64,000 nt of DNA, from assembly GCA_010909165.1 (NCBI GenBank), contig MU008166.1, positions 310,001-374,000 of the forward strand, in the 5' to 3' direction. Positions 12,215-24,131 of this stretch are shown piece by piece (the stretch's first letter is position 1; the number at the start of each line of letters is the position of its first letter). The position numbers and the translations under genes are program-made. The notes beneath the pieces are model-generated. The model searched no databases. It was not told the DNA's origin and was given only the letters and a program-made list of their open reading frames with translations. This stretch comes from Anthoceros angustus (lineage: Eukaryota; Plantae; Anthocerotophyta).

Positions 12215-14272
12215 CCCGAGTTGGGCCATCGGTTTGCTACAAAGTTAAAAACAGCGGAATAACTTAGAGCTTAGAATCGTTTTCAAAAGTTAACAAGCTA
12301 GTGGCGGTGGGAAGGTTCCAAAGCAGCGGCAGCGAGCAAGGCGCAAAATGCACGTAAAAGAAGGGATGCCATTGGCCCATGCACGCATTGCATGCGGTGG
12401 GGCCGATGTTTTCCCAAGTTCCGGCAGTCATTTCCTGGGCGCTACTGGCGTGCGCGGTCGTTGACCTCAGGCCTTAGGCCCCCCCGATAACTAACCACGT
12501 AATGCGTGTAGGTGGGTGGCTCCGGATCTACCATCTACCCTTACCCTTCCGTTCTATATCTAAATTTGAGCGAAATCCGCTTTAGCTTTACGTGCGCAAT
12601 GCGGGCAGCCTAAACTGGGCCGAAACTTGGTACACGGAAGGGAAGAAGCGAAAGATGCTCGGAGTTTGGGCCCCGCCCCTCCCAGTGGGTGGTTGGGTTG
12701 TTGGGGCTTGCGAGAGCGACGTGTATGTTCATGAGCATGCAGAACTGTCCGAATCCCCCTCTTCCCCCTCTTCCCCCTCTTCCCCCTCTCTCTTCTCTCT
12801 CCCTCCCATGCGACTCATGTTGGCGTTGGCTAGTCTCTTTTGCTCATCTCCCAAAACTTCTCCACATATTGTCTCCTTCATGGACAAGTAGTCTAGCAAA
12901 AGTATTTTAATTTTATTTATTTTTTTTGTAATTTAGATCGATTCATTTGTAATTGAGAATTTTGGGTACGCACTCCGCAGTGGTGTTGACTCTGGGTGGG
13001 GGTGTCTTCCAAGATGTCTTTTGGGTTCAATCCCATGTATGCGTATGCGTATGCGTATGCAATGAAATTTTAAGATAGAATTCTCGTGTTGTAAATCGGT
13101 AACCTACGGGGGGGGATACTGGAGGGGGATATTGAGTGATGGAGGCGCCCGCACGCACGCACAGCGGAGGGGTGGGTTGATGGTTGCAGGTCCCATAATG
13201 GTTCATGCGGGCGCTGTGGAAGGTAAAAAAAGCTTTTCACCTTTTACTGCGATGAAGCGGTGGCAACCACCGAAACGCCACGCGGCGGTGCGGGAGAGGG
13301 CCGGGGTGGAATCGGGGGAAAAGCGGCTGGCGATCACGGGCTGCCGGGGCGGGACACCCGTGGAGTCAGAGCGGCGCCCGTGATTGGGGCCGCCACCTAC
13401 CGGCACTGGGTGCTGGGCACTGGGCACTGGGCTGGCAGCAACCGGGACCGGGACCGGGTTCGAACCCGGGGTAGCGGGATGGAGGGGCTTAACGTGACAG
13501 CCTGGTCACGTTGCATGGGAAGGGGACGTGCGGCTTAATTTAGGGGTCATGCCCGCACGCCCCCCTGCTTTAGGGTGCTAATTTGGCAGGCTTTAATCCG
13601 CGGAGTAACGAGTGACGAGTAACGGAACGGGGGACGGGGATCGGGGAGGTCAGGGGTCGGGCGGACGGGGACGGGGACGGGGACGGGGACGGGGACTGTT
13701 TAACTGGTTGGGGCAGTACCTCGTGCGCGGCAGCGGCAGCGGCAGCGGCAGCAGCAGCAGCAGGCAGACTGCACTGTGCAGTTGCAACAGCCCGCACACA
13801 AGAGAGTCCCGAGAAGAAGAGCGAGCCTCGGTCTCGCACACGCTTCCTTCCTCTTTCCCTTCACTTCACAATCCGGTGCTCGGCAGGGATCGGTTCAGGT
13901 CGGGTCGTCACGCTCCGCTGCCGTCGCTCGTCTGCGGGGGCGGGAGAGCTGGTGGGCGGTAGCGGGGAGCCGGAATTTCACGACCCACAAAGCTTCTCGG
14001 CGGTGGGCGATGGATCCGTCCCTTGTCGGGGTGGTGGGCGGCAGCACGTGACGCCGGGCGGCTGTGATCAATGCGGCCAGTGAGCACGTGAGCAGCCAAG
14101 CAGGCTAAGGGAGGAGCGGAGCGGGCGTGGTGGGCGATAGGAATTGCGTCGGGGCGTGAAGGAAAGCGAGGTGGAAGGAAGAAAGGAAGGAAGGAGGGAG
14201 GGAAGTGCGGGATTGGGAGGAGGAGGGTGCGGAATTGGGCGGCCGCGGCTGCGGCTGCAGGGCTGCGGCTTC

Positions 14273-17200
14273 ATGATCAAGCGGGAGCAGAGCATTGCGC
14301 GCGAGATTGCGGAGGCGGGTGCGGGAGGGGAGTCGGAGGACTGCAACACCACGCTCTCGGGGACGGACTCGAGCGCTCACAGTGATGCGGTGCGGCACCG
14401 GGAGCGGGAGCGGGAGCAGCGGCAGGGCTGGAGCTTGGCCGTGCAGCGGGAGCGGCAGCAGCACCAGGCTTGCGGCTCGCAATCCACCATAGCCACGGAT
14501 GGGGATGGAGATGGAGAAGGTGGAGCTGGAGCTGGAGGGGAGGAGGAGGGCGGGATTCGTGGAAAGGGATCATGGGAGATGCAGGTGCAGGTGCAGGCAG
14601 ATGCAGACGCAGACGCAGAGGCAGGCATGAGCATGAGCGCGGTGCAGGTGCAGCAGGTGCTGGCGCCCGGGTCCGGGTCCCGTTCCGGTTCCGGCACCGC
14701 GCCGGCCAAGGTGGTGCAGAGCGCCGTCAGCAGCTTCTCCACGGGGCTTGATCAGGGCCAGGCCGAGAGCTCCAGCACGCCGCGAAGGAGCAGCCGATCC
14801 AGCTCGCTGCACAAGGCAAGGGATCAGCCCGCTGCTTGCAAGCGCAAGAGGAAGTCCACAGGTACGTCCTGTTTGTTTCTGCTGCTGCTGCTCTTCCTGC
14901 TGGCGTTGCAGCATTCGCGATGATGCAGGCTCCTAAAGTCTGTCCTCGCTGTGTGTGTTGGGTGTGGCAGATCAGGAGCAGGCGTCGGCCAATTCCGTAT
15001 CGGCCACGGGTCCCGCGGAGGTCACCGTGCTGGATCGCACTGGCAGCGGCAGCATGAACGACGTGCCGGGCGCGGAGGAGGTGGACAAAGAGTCCGGCAC
15101 GGGCCAGGCTTGTGGGTTGTTGCAGCCGGCTGGAGAAGGAGACGACCTGGTTGCAGCAGCAGCAGCAGGAGTTGGAGGAGGAGGAGGAGGAGGAGGAGGT
15201 GTGGATCCCAGCAATCCCAGCACCGCGTCCAGGTACTCGGCAGCGTCGCAAGATCTCAAGTGCAGGGAGACCATCTTCGTCTCCTCGTCCAATTCCTCCA
15301 ATCCAGTCACAGAGAATGTGGACGCGGAGGCCTGCAAATCCACCTCCGCCGTGGACGCGCTGCATCGTCGTACGGACGCTGGGTTGTGCAAGGATGATCT
15401 CGCTGCCGACGTCCAGGGGTCATCGATGCTGCTGCAGGCTCAGGCGCGGGATCCGGAGCACGGGAGCCAGATGCAGCAGCAGCATCAACAGCATCCCGGG
15501 ATTTCGAAGAGTCAGGGCGATTGCGGAGCCTTCAACGATGCGGCGTGGAGGAGCTCGAGGTCTGATCATGAGGAGCAGGCGGGGAAGTTCCCCATCTTCG
15601 ACACGGGTGCCGCCACCAAGAGGTTCAAGGCGGACGCCAATGTTGCCAAGGGACTGTTTGCATCCAGCGCCGGCAACATCGTTGTTCCTGAAGCCAAGAC
15701 TGTGGAGCAAAGGAGCTCCAGCGCGTCATGGCTGCAGCTGGGCTTGGCTTCGTCGACTCCTGTGAGCAGGCAGCAGGAAGGAATGGAAGGAATGACCACG
15801 TCCAGCAAACACGGCTTGGGCCAGCTCCAGGTGCTAAGCATGGACCAAGATCGCCTGGCTATGGCTGCTGGAGGCCCAGGCCTGGTTGGGCAGCAGGTGT
15901 TGGAGACTTCGCATTTCGGCAGATTCAGACCTGATCATGAGCTGCACGAATCTGACCTTCAGCAGTCACAGCAGCAGCAGCTTCCCTTTCCGACTGTGGC
16001 CACTGTTGGTGCTGTGAGCAGTGATGCCATCCAGATGCAGGCCGGGGACAGGCCTGGCATCATGGCCATGGGAATGAGCCACTTGCATCGTCCCTCGCCC
16101 ATGGGCAAGAATGGGAGCAGCACCTTCTCTGTGGCCGAGCACTCCGCATTCTCAGCTCCTGAAAATCGGCTGGCACTCTCCACTTCTGAGCATCACAAGG
16201 CCATAGGCCACACCCAGAATGGGTCGACTCTGGACATGCGGAAGCCCGAGTTCCAGTCCGGGTACAGGATCTTCCTTGAGGAAAGCAGTGCAGGAAAGGA
16301 TGCTGAATTTGATGGGCAGAGCGCTGGGTTCCGAACTAGTACTGCTGCTGGCCATGGGCATGCTGTGGCTGCGCAGAGTCCGGCATCCGCGGTAGGGGCA
16401 GGGGTGAGCCTTGGGCTGTCCATGTTTTCTTACACTGGAGGAAACACGGACGCTGCACAGGAGTCCAGGAACAGGGACCACTGCCAGCATCTCTTCCTTG
16501 AAAGCACGAGTCGGAACAACGCTCTTCAGAAGTCGAACCAGATGCAGGGTGTGCATGTGCAGCCCAACACGCATCACATGGTTCAAGGGAGGATGTTAGG
16601 TGCGGGCGGGGATCAGCAGATGATCAAGGTCCCGAGAGCCACAGCCGCAGCTCCAGCAACGGGCCCAGGTCAGTCAAGGAGTTCCTGGCTCCAGAATGGG
16701 GCCAAATCGGCATCCCATCCAGCAGGGAGCTCCTCGGCCGGGGGAGGAATGACATTGGACCATGCTCAGACCCAGAACCAGAGCCAGAACCAGCAGCAGC
16801 ACGGCATGATGAGGATGCAAAGTCTAGATCTTGGGGAGCAGCAGAGAATGATCGATCATGCATCGATGCAACCACGACCTGCAGCAGCAGCAGCTGCTGC
16901 TGCTGCTGCTCCGTCCCATGCGTGGCAGCTTGTGGCCATGCAGGGAGCCCAATTCGCAACTCCGGCGAATCTCAACGCCTACAGCAGCATGATGAGCCGG
17001 ATCAACATTCCCGACTCGGCTGGTCTGGCTCAGAGCAGGAGCGGTAGCTGGGAGGAGGCATCGAGACACGGCAGGATACCGATGCCTCAAGCGACTGCAC
17101 CGGATCATGGCTCCGTCATTCCTGATATCAGCAGCAGCCACCTACAAGCGCCCAAGGTGACTCCGAAGCAGGATCAAGGAGCTGACAACTGGCAGATGAT

Positions 17201-18613
17201 GATCAAGAGGGCTCATTCCATGAACGTCGTCGCCCAGTTCCAGGCTCAACAGACAAGCATGCAGCATCAAGAGCCCTCTGCTCCTCGCAGTAACAGCACA
17301 AACGTGGCTGCCAGATCTCTCCCAGCTCCTCCAGCAGCAGCAGCTCCGGGCTCTCTGACGACCATGCAGTTTCTGAGCAATTTGCAGGCCACTGAATCCT
17401 GGATGGCGGTGCAGCGGCCAGCGGCTCCGGGTGCTGTGCAGAATGCGAGCATGCCGTCTCCAAGTCCCTCTATTCCTGCGGGATCTGCTCAGTTTCATGT
17501 TCCTCCCAGTCACATGAGCTTCGCAGGTCCCGGTGGTACCGGCCCTTGGAGCTACAAATTCGTGCCCCACTCCGACTTCAACACTCCTGGGGTACATGTA
17601 CATCATCCAGCTGCGTGGCATAATCAGTTCCAAGCTGCTGTCCAGCAAGATGGGACCGATCAGCCCGCCAGTAGTTTCCAGCATCCCAGCAGAGCCTTGT
17701 CGAATCGGTCTGTTGCACAACGGCTAGCAGCTTCCACCCACGCTGCATCTGGTAAGATTTCAAGTCTTGTGTGTTTCCGAATAGCTTGGGCGGTTCTTCT
17801 TGTTGCAGGCTTCACAGTCTGACTTGTGAATGTGCCTGCAGAGAGATCCAGTCTGGTGGCCAAAAAGCTTGCAGATCGGCTACGCCCTGCAGACCTCTGG
17901 TTTTTGCTTCGACCGGCCCACATCCAGTAAGTGCGAATCAGCAAACCTCGTTGCTGACACTAGAACCATCCTCTGTATTGCTCCCACGCTGCTTCTTACA
18001 CCATCAGCAACTCTGATACAGGCTAGATGACCCTCAGACCGAAACTACCAAGGGAATCTACATGAGGATCAAGTAAGCCAGTTCGACATTTCTCAGATCC
18101 TTCAACATTCTCCTGTGTACAATCTCCACAGCATGGTCTCACCTGCCGCTCATGATATGGACTTCGCAGGGATGGCAAGCTTCCAGTGTCTTATGTGAAG
18201 AGGTACCTTGTCAACAGGCTTGGGCTGCAGAGTGAATCCGAGGTATGTGAGACTTTGATCTGATTGCTGTTCAGCCCCAGATGTTACAGTCACCATTAGA
18301 AGCTAGAACCTGCATTCATGGGCCACACATCGATCTTCTCGGGGTCGTCTATAGAATCTCACATCACGAAGTATGTGTGAACCAGGTCGAGATATCCTGC
18401 AAGGGACAGCCTATTGCATCCAACCTGCCACTACAACATGTGCGAGACTCCGTTTGGTTTTCTCAAACTGGCACAGCAGCAGACAACAGTACTTCCTCGG
18501 ACAGAAGGGCAGCTGAGAGACCTGATAGCTTCAATGAACCGTCTGGGACGTCGTCTTCCAGTGACATGCTCATGGTCCTTACGTACCATCGGCTCCATTT
18601 CTCACAGAGGTAG
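14273..18613 (+). CDS. RING-less RAWUL-domain protein (LAX PANICLE2-like), 1268 aa, long low-complexity N-terminus, 6 exons
   Basis: Exons 14273-14861, 14971-17751, 17842-17926, 18022-18072, 18170-18242, 18386-18613; GT-AG, phases match, 3807 nt. Spliced C-terminus: ADLWFLLRPAHIQLDDPQTETTKGIYMRIKDGKLPVSYVKRYLVNRLGLQSESEVEISCKGQPIASNLPLQHVRDSVW..DMLMVLTYHR, matching the plant RAWUL ubiquitin-like fold. SWLQLGL motif at 15726-15746. Confidence 0.88.
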
Positions 18614-19054
18614 ACTCGTCGTGAGGTCAATTTTGAAAGTACTTGAGATGTGGCCCATGGGTCCATACTCTGAAATTTCACATCAGACAGAAATTAGCAG
18701 GCTTTCAAACGAATAATCAGGGAGATTGGGGAGTGTTAGGGTTTTGGGGATGTACAGATCCAACTTTGCACGTCAAATACCGACAATGATATCCAATAGA
18801 GACATCACATATGTGGTCTTTTTATTGAGTGTCCCACAATCAACGTAGTTGGTCATGACGAGAACGGCCTGGCCCATGGAGTGGGTTTGGCTGTTTAAGA
18901 AAAATAAGCAGAATGCCAATCAAATGACGATAAATAACATCTACTTCTGGACAGGGTACTTCTTAGTTGCACTTAGTGTTGTCGGTAAGAGTCTCATTAT
19001 AAAATGGATAATAGTCTGCTCCAATTATAAAATGGATAATAGTCTGCCCCAACC

Positions 19055-19481
19055 GGGGCATACACTCTAAGTTGTTGATACAATACTTTAGATGAGAGTT
19101 GGCCAGTGGGGCATACACTCTAAGTTGTTGACACAGTACTTTAGATGAGAGTTGGCCAGTGGGGCATACACTCTAAGTTGTTGACATAGTACTTTAGATG
19201 AGAGTTGGCCAGTGGGGCATACACTCTAAGTTGTTGACACAGTACTTTAGATGAGAGTTGGCCAGTGGGGCATACACTCTAAGTTGTTGACATAGTACTT
19301 TAGATGAGAGTTGGCCAGTGGGGCATACACTCTAAGTTGTTGACACAGCACTTTAGATGAGAGTTGGCCAATGGGGCATACACTCTGAGTTGTTGACATA
19401 GTACTTTGGATGAGAGTTGGCCAGTGGGGCATACACTCTAAGTTGTTGACACAATACTTTAGATGCGAGTTAGCTGGCCAA
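19055..19481. repeat. Minisatellite, 8 x 53 bp
   Basis: Unit GGGGCATACACTCTAAGTTGTTGACA(C/T)AGTACTTTAGATGAGAGTTGGCCAGT starting at 19055, 19108, 19161, 19214, 19267, 19320, 19373, 19426. Flanked by a 2 x 24 bp duplication (18996-19047) and a 2 x 55 bp duplication (19486-19595). Confidence 0.97.
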
Positions 19482-19693
19482 CGCAATGGGGCTAGCAATT
19501 TCGATGGAAATCTTCATGTTGAATTCAATGCTTGACCATTATGGGGCTAGCAATTTCGATGCAAGTCTTCACGTTGAATTCAATGCTTGACCATTGTTGC
19601 AATTTAGAGGAAGCTTTCTGGAGGAATTGTTTTCTAAGATATATGAGTACATAATTCTCAACTTGCTAAGAATTTTGATTGCATGCCTATCGT

Positions 19694-20300
19694 TAATTTG
19701 AAGGACATGAGAAAAAGAAGTGGTTCGGGTCATTCACCTCTTCCGTTCGGCACCTCTTGCTGCGACAAGGAGAAGTCCCTCACAAAATATATATAATATT
19801 ATAATTATTATATTATTAAAAGAAGTTGCACATGCTCTAAAAGAAGCTCATATATTTTAACACAAACTACAACATAAATTGTTTTCAGTTTTATTGAGAT
19901 CCATTGAGTTTTATGGAGAGCCCATCCAGTTTTATTAGACTTGTAAAGTACAAGTATATGAGAGAGACGTGTTTCCCTTTGAACTAGAGCATTCTATTAT
20001 TTGTATTTTTGTATTATTTTTGTGAGAAAGAACTTTTGAGTGAGGATCTTTTTATCACTAGAAAGTTCTCAATCAAAATTCCTAGAGCTAAAAAATTTCA
20101 GATGCGGCTTGCCCTGAGTGAATTTTATCCTATTAATTATGTTCTAACAAATATGTATATATATTGATCTACTTTTAATAATATAATAATGATAATATTA
20201 TATATTTTTTGTGAGGGCCTTCTCCATGTCGCAACAAGAGGTGCCGAACAAAGGAGGTGAATGACCCGAACCACTTCTTCTTCTCATGTCCTTCAAATTA
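19694..20300. mobile_element. Foldback/MITE-like non-autonomous element with 129-bp inverted arms
   Basis: 19694-19822 is the reverse complement of 20172-20300 (9 mismatches in 129 nt by manual alignment), around ~350 bp of AT-rich non-coding DNA. Ends TAATTTGAAGG...CCTTCAAATTA; a TA target duplication is possible but cannot be distinguished from the arm. Confidence 0.75.
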
Positions 20301-20899
20301 CTAAGTGAAAGCTAAAACTTTGAGCTACTCCTACCACCTTGGACTGTGGATGTGTTTATGAACTCACAGGTTTAGTTTATGCACGTGTGTTCTTGTAGAA
20401 TCTGTATGCAATTATGCTTTTTACACTTTAATGTAAAGATATGAAAGTTTGTAACTTGATTTATTATTTTTATATTTTACTCATCATATAAAAATATATA
20501 CTTTATAGATAATTTTGAAGAGAAATTTTGTAATCTTAAATCAGAGAAATAGGTAGATATTTGTCGAACTGGAAGATTAAAAAAAAATTTAAAAAATAAT
20601 CTTCAGCTTATTATCTAGATCTTGATATTTATGTTGATATATTTGAAACGAAACACGGATAAAGAACTGATACAATTTGATGAAATGGGGAAAGAAAACT
20701 TTATTATAGAAAAGAGATGGGAAAACCCCATCCACCCTAAAAACAAAAGGGAAAAAACCCAACAAAGGCACCATGCCAAGGAGACTAGCCCCCACAATCA
20801 CTCATTTCAAAACTACCAACCGCCCGAAGAGCTTCGTGGTCAGGGATGTGAAAAGGCCTACTTACCATCGGTGTCAAGAAGTGCATCTCGGCCATTGTG

Positions 20900-21400
20900 G
20901 ATTACATGCGTTAGCCAGCGCCTCTGTGAGCGATGGAAACCCTCTGCCGGAAGAAAGCAACAATACAAGAAAGGGGGAGGCCAACCCCATTCCTGCGGCT
21001 ATGATAAGCCTTGGCGCAGGCCTTGACAAACCTAGAGAAATCCTTGCCCATGGTTCCGTGAGTCTCAATGGCAAGGGGGACAAAGGCGTGAACGTCTTGC
21101 ATAGGAAAGTACTTATGGACCTTGGCCGTCGCGCATCCCTCCGCCGCCCAACCTTGAGGGTTAAGAATAACATATTTGCAAACACTCTCCCGAGTGGGAT
21201 CGATTACCACAACATTAGTAACTGAAACCTGATCCCCGGGTCAAAAATAAATATGCCCTAAGCGAAACCCCGTTGAGCAAGGTGTAAGAGCGCTCCTAAA
21301 TGGAAGGAACTCGCCTTCTCTAACAATAGAGAACATAACGTCCGTAACACACTGCACCCGCGGGACATCGAGCCAAGTGCGTCCAAAATCATTTGATGAA
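20900..21400 (-). mobile_element. 3' fragment of an RLE-type (CRE/NeSL/R2-like) non-LTR retrotransposon: zinc knuckle plus restriction-like endonuclease
   Basis: HLARCP..; VTDVMFSIVREGEF; TNVVVIDPTR; AAEGCATAKVHKY; FVPLAIETHGTMGKDFSRFVKACA; FFRQRVSIA. This is the usual C-terminal motif order of RLE non-LTR elements. Frameshifted, no RT domain seen. Confidence 0.7.
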
Positions 21401-23031
21401 ATACACGTATTGATGCACACTCACCATCAGAGTCCGCTTGGCTACACCCTAATTCCTAAACCTAGCTCCAGCCCTACAGCTGGACTAGTGCGCAAATGAC
21501 TTCCCCAGGTCCTTCTGCCCAGGCATACGACCTCACCACATCTATCCACGATGGCAGCCATCACTGACGGCCATGTGCAGTGAATTGAGGCCTGTCCTGC
21601 TGGAATGTTGTTTGGAAAGATATGCGAGATGACAGCTGCATGTGGTTTGTGGATGACTGTTGCAGAAGTTGCATTGGGCCTTGGCACAAGCCATGAGAGC
21701 GGCATTCGATACGCAAATCTCCCAGCGTCAAGTCCCTTTCTAAGATTTGCTCAGGCAATATCAGTTTCAGACCACTTTCAAATTCTCCTCTTCCTGGCCA
21801 CATTCAGACGAATGCGGTTCCAACAGCTTCCAAGTGAGACACCACTCTTTCCCGTGTAAGCTTTATGTGCTCAGAAACCCGCATGAGCTGCCCACCACAG
21901 GTTGCACAAAGCCCTGTAGACACGCTTCACCAAGATGATCCTGCTCCCACATCCCTCCAAGAGATGCACCAAGGTTGTCCAGCTATACAGCTGCGGCCTC
22001 CATGTAAGCCTCCAACACTTTTCCGATTTCTGAACACCTTGTGCAAGCCATACCCACATTACATTCTTTCCGAATCGATCCTTCATGTAAGCCTCCATCT
22101 GATATCATTGGCTGGCCATCCCTAGTCCTGCTTCAATACGCTATTGAAGCAGTTTTAACAGGTAAATATACTGCTTACCAGTCCTGCTTCGATACCAGTC
22201 TGCCATGGACTTTTCCAACGAGGCAAGAAAGTGCAATATGATTTGGCTCCCTGCAAGTGTGAAACACGTCAAGAGCGAGTCTAACACTGGTTTGAATGCT
22301 GAAGAACTGTAATTGCCTGCCTGATGGTCAGGGTCTGTTCCATTCAATCCGCTTACCAACAACAATGAAAACCATTCCAGGTTTCACGCGCACCCGAGTT
22401 GGTAGACAGCACCGAAAGATCCAGCCACGAATACTTAAAATTAGAAGTACAATGCAGTTTTGTTGATCAGACTTTGAGAAAAGGAGTCATTTACAAGAAT
22501 CATCATCCAGACCCATGTAAGCACATGGGCACTAATTAGAACACCTAGCACTTCACAGAGGTCACGGTAATTAATATGTTGCCAATTGAGAGCCAATGAG
22601 TCCTTTCGTAGTATATCCTGACCTCCAGTGAGTCCTTTCGTATCATATCTTGACCTGTTTGTAACCAGCACTGTAGTTTGTGATCATATTGATGCATACG
22701 CTGAACTTTGGCAGCAATTCCAACAAAGTCTTCTAGAACAAATGAGGAGGTAAAGGACCAAATATGTGGACGGATCACTGGTTTGTGCAAATTTATAGTT
22801 ATATCTGCATTCCCACGATCTAGCTAGCTGTATAGACTGGACGAGCTTAGTCGGGCTAACAGTAATCACGCAGCGCCTTTGCCTATTTCGCATAGAACTC
22901 TGGTTGGAACTTGGAACCTGTTTCTCCGCAATGTGGGAGAATGAGCTGTGCAGTGTCAAAATCGGGCACAGATCTCAGGATCGAGGAAGTATTCAGGTGG
23001 CAGCTTACTTTGGATCCTACATTTGTTGAAT

Positions 23032-23145
23032 GGAACATAAACAAGGAAACACCTAGCCAACGCAGTTGGGGAACATAAACAAGGAAACATCTAGCCAAAC
23101 CAGTTGGGGAACATAAACAAGGAAACTTCTAGCCAAACCAGTTGG
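23032..23145. repeat. Tandem repeat, 3 x 38 bp
   Basis: GGAACATAAACAAGGAAAC(A/T)(C/T)CTAGCCAA..CAGTTGG at 23032, 23070, 23108. Confidence 0.93.
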
Positions 23146-23392
23146 CACTCTTAAGCAAGAGCAAAAGAGCAATGGTTCGAGATTTAACAATTGATTGAAA
23201 GCAGGTAATTGTTTGAAGCTATACAGAGTAGCGCTAATGAGGTTCAGGTATCGTCTGATGTTTCCAGCAGTAGAACTCCAACTATGCTGCAAAGCTCCAG
23301 CCTGCAAGGCCACAGCCTACAACTCCATGATTCATCCATATCTACGCACTCGTCAAGCGGATGGATAAAGTGGCTACTACGCCAATTGGTCC

Positions 23393-24007
23393 TCAGGTGC
23401 TCCATGCAACTTCAACATTGCGGACTTCGGGCTTCTTCTCCTGCACCTTAGGCACTGTGACGGTGAGCACTCCATTCTCCACCTTGGCAGCCACCTGATC
23501 GAGCTTCACCTGATCTTTAGGGAGCCGGAACTTGCGCAAGAATTGGCCGTGCGAGCGCTCCACATGGTGCCACTTGTCTGTTTCCTTCACCTCCTCTTTG
23601 CTTCGCTCTCCGCTTATTTTCAAAACGTTACCATCCTCAACTTCCACCTTCACTTCTTCTCTTTTTAGACCTGCAGGGGCCAAGGACATCATCGCTGCCA
23701 GGACTCACAGCCTCACACGCTCACAACCAGCTGATCCATGAGACAAACCAGAAAATTCGAGGGACAAGCACGGCAAGCGGGTTGCACAAACCACAATCCG
23801 CACAGGGCAGGGTGAGGCGCACATACCAGGGAGGTCCGCCTTGAACACATGCGCCTCCGGTGTCTCCTTCCAGTCGACTTTGGTGCTGGCAACCGCAGAA
23901 GCATCCCTGGCCAGAGAGCGAGCAGGAGTGCTCTCCGCGAGAGCAAAGCTTTCAAAGGGATCCCACAGGCTGTCGCTGCCCCAGCGAGAAAGAGGGAACA
24001 AAGCCAT
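23393..24007 (-). CDS. HSP20: Class CI cytosolic small heat-shock protein (alpha-crystallin domain), 152 aa, 2 exons
   Basis: Exons 24007-23827 and 23670-23393; GT-AG intron of 156 nt in phase 1. [25 protein letters not shown]|[59 protein letters not shown]. Confidence 0.96.
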
Positions 24008-24096
24008 TGATCTATATCTCAGTTCTCAGAAAGAGAATTGTTAAGGTTCAAGAACCGGCTGACAACTTCGATGGGAAGCCATCGCCACACTCTCGC

Positions 24097-24131
24097 TTTT
24101 AAAGGCCCGGCAGACATGTTCCAGAGTATTC
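24097..24131 (-). promoter_or_regulatory. sHSP core promoter: TATA-like TTTAAAA plus proximal heat-shock element
   Basis: TTTAAAA on the minus strand at 24103-24097. TTCcaGAGtaTTC at 24119-24131 is an imperfect 3-unit nGAAn array; GAAgcTTC at 24283-24290 is a further 2-unit site. Confidence 0.6.

Noticed and set aside
7600-14100. Conserved plant miRNA precursors (miR156/160/166/171/319/408/529)
   Set aside because: No mature sequence match found by eye; a proper search was not possible.
8354-17720. Many overlapping or antisense ORFs of 60-260 aa in the ORF track
   Set aside because: They are translations of microsatellites or shadows of the GC-rich RAWUL exons, with no independent protein features.
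17752-17822. Protein ending at 17822 (read-through or acceptor at 17808)
   Set aside because: The acceptor at 17841 keeps the frame and leads into four exons encoding a complete RAWUL domain; the shorter form is at most a minor isoform.
21440-23300. Ankyrin- or PPR-like pseudogene
   Set aside because: Only isolated short resemblances (GLNSLHMAV, SWTTL) in different frames; no repeat periodicity. It may be a decayed gene but I cannot name it.
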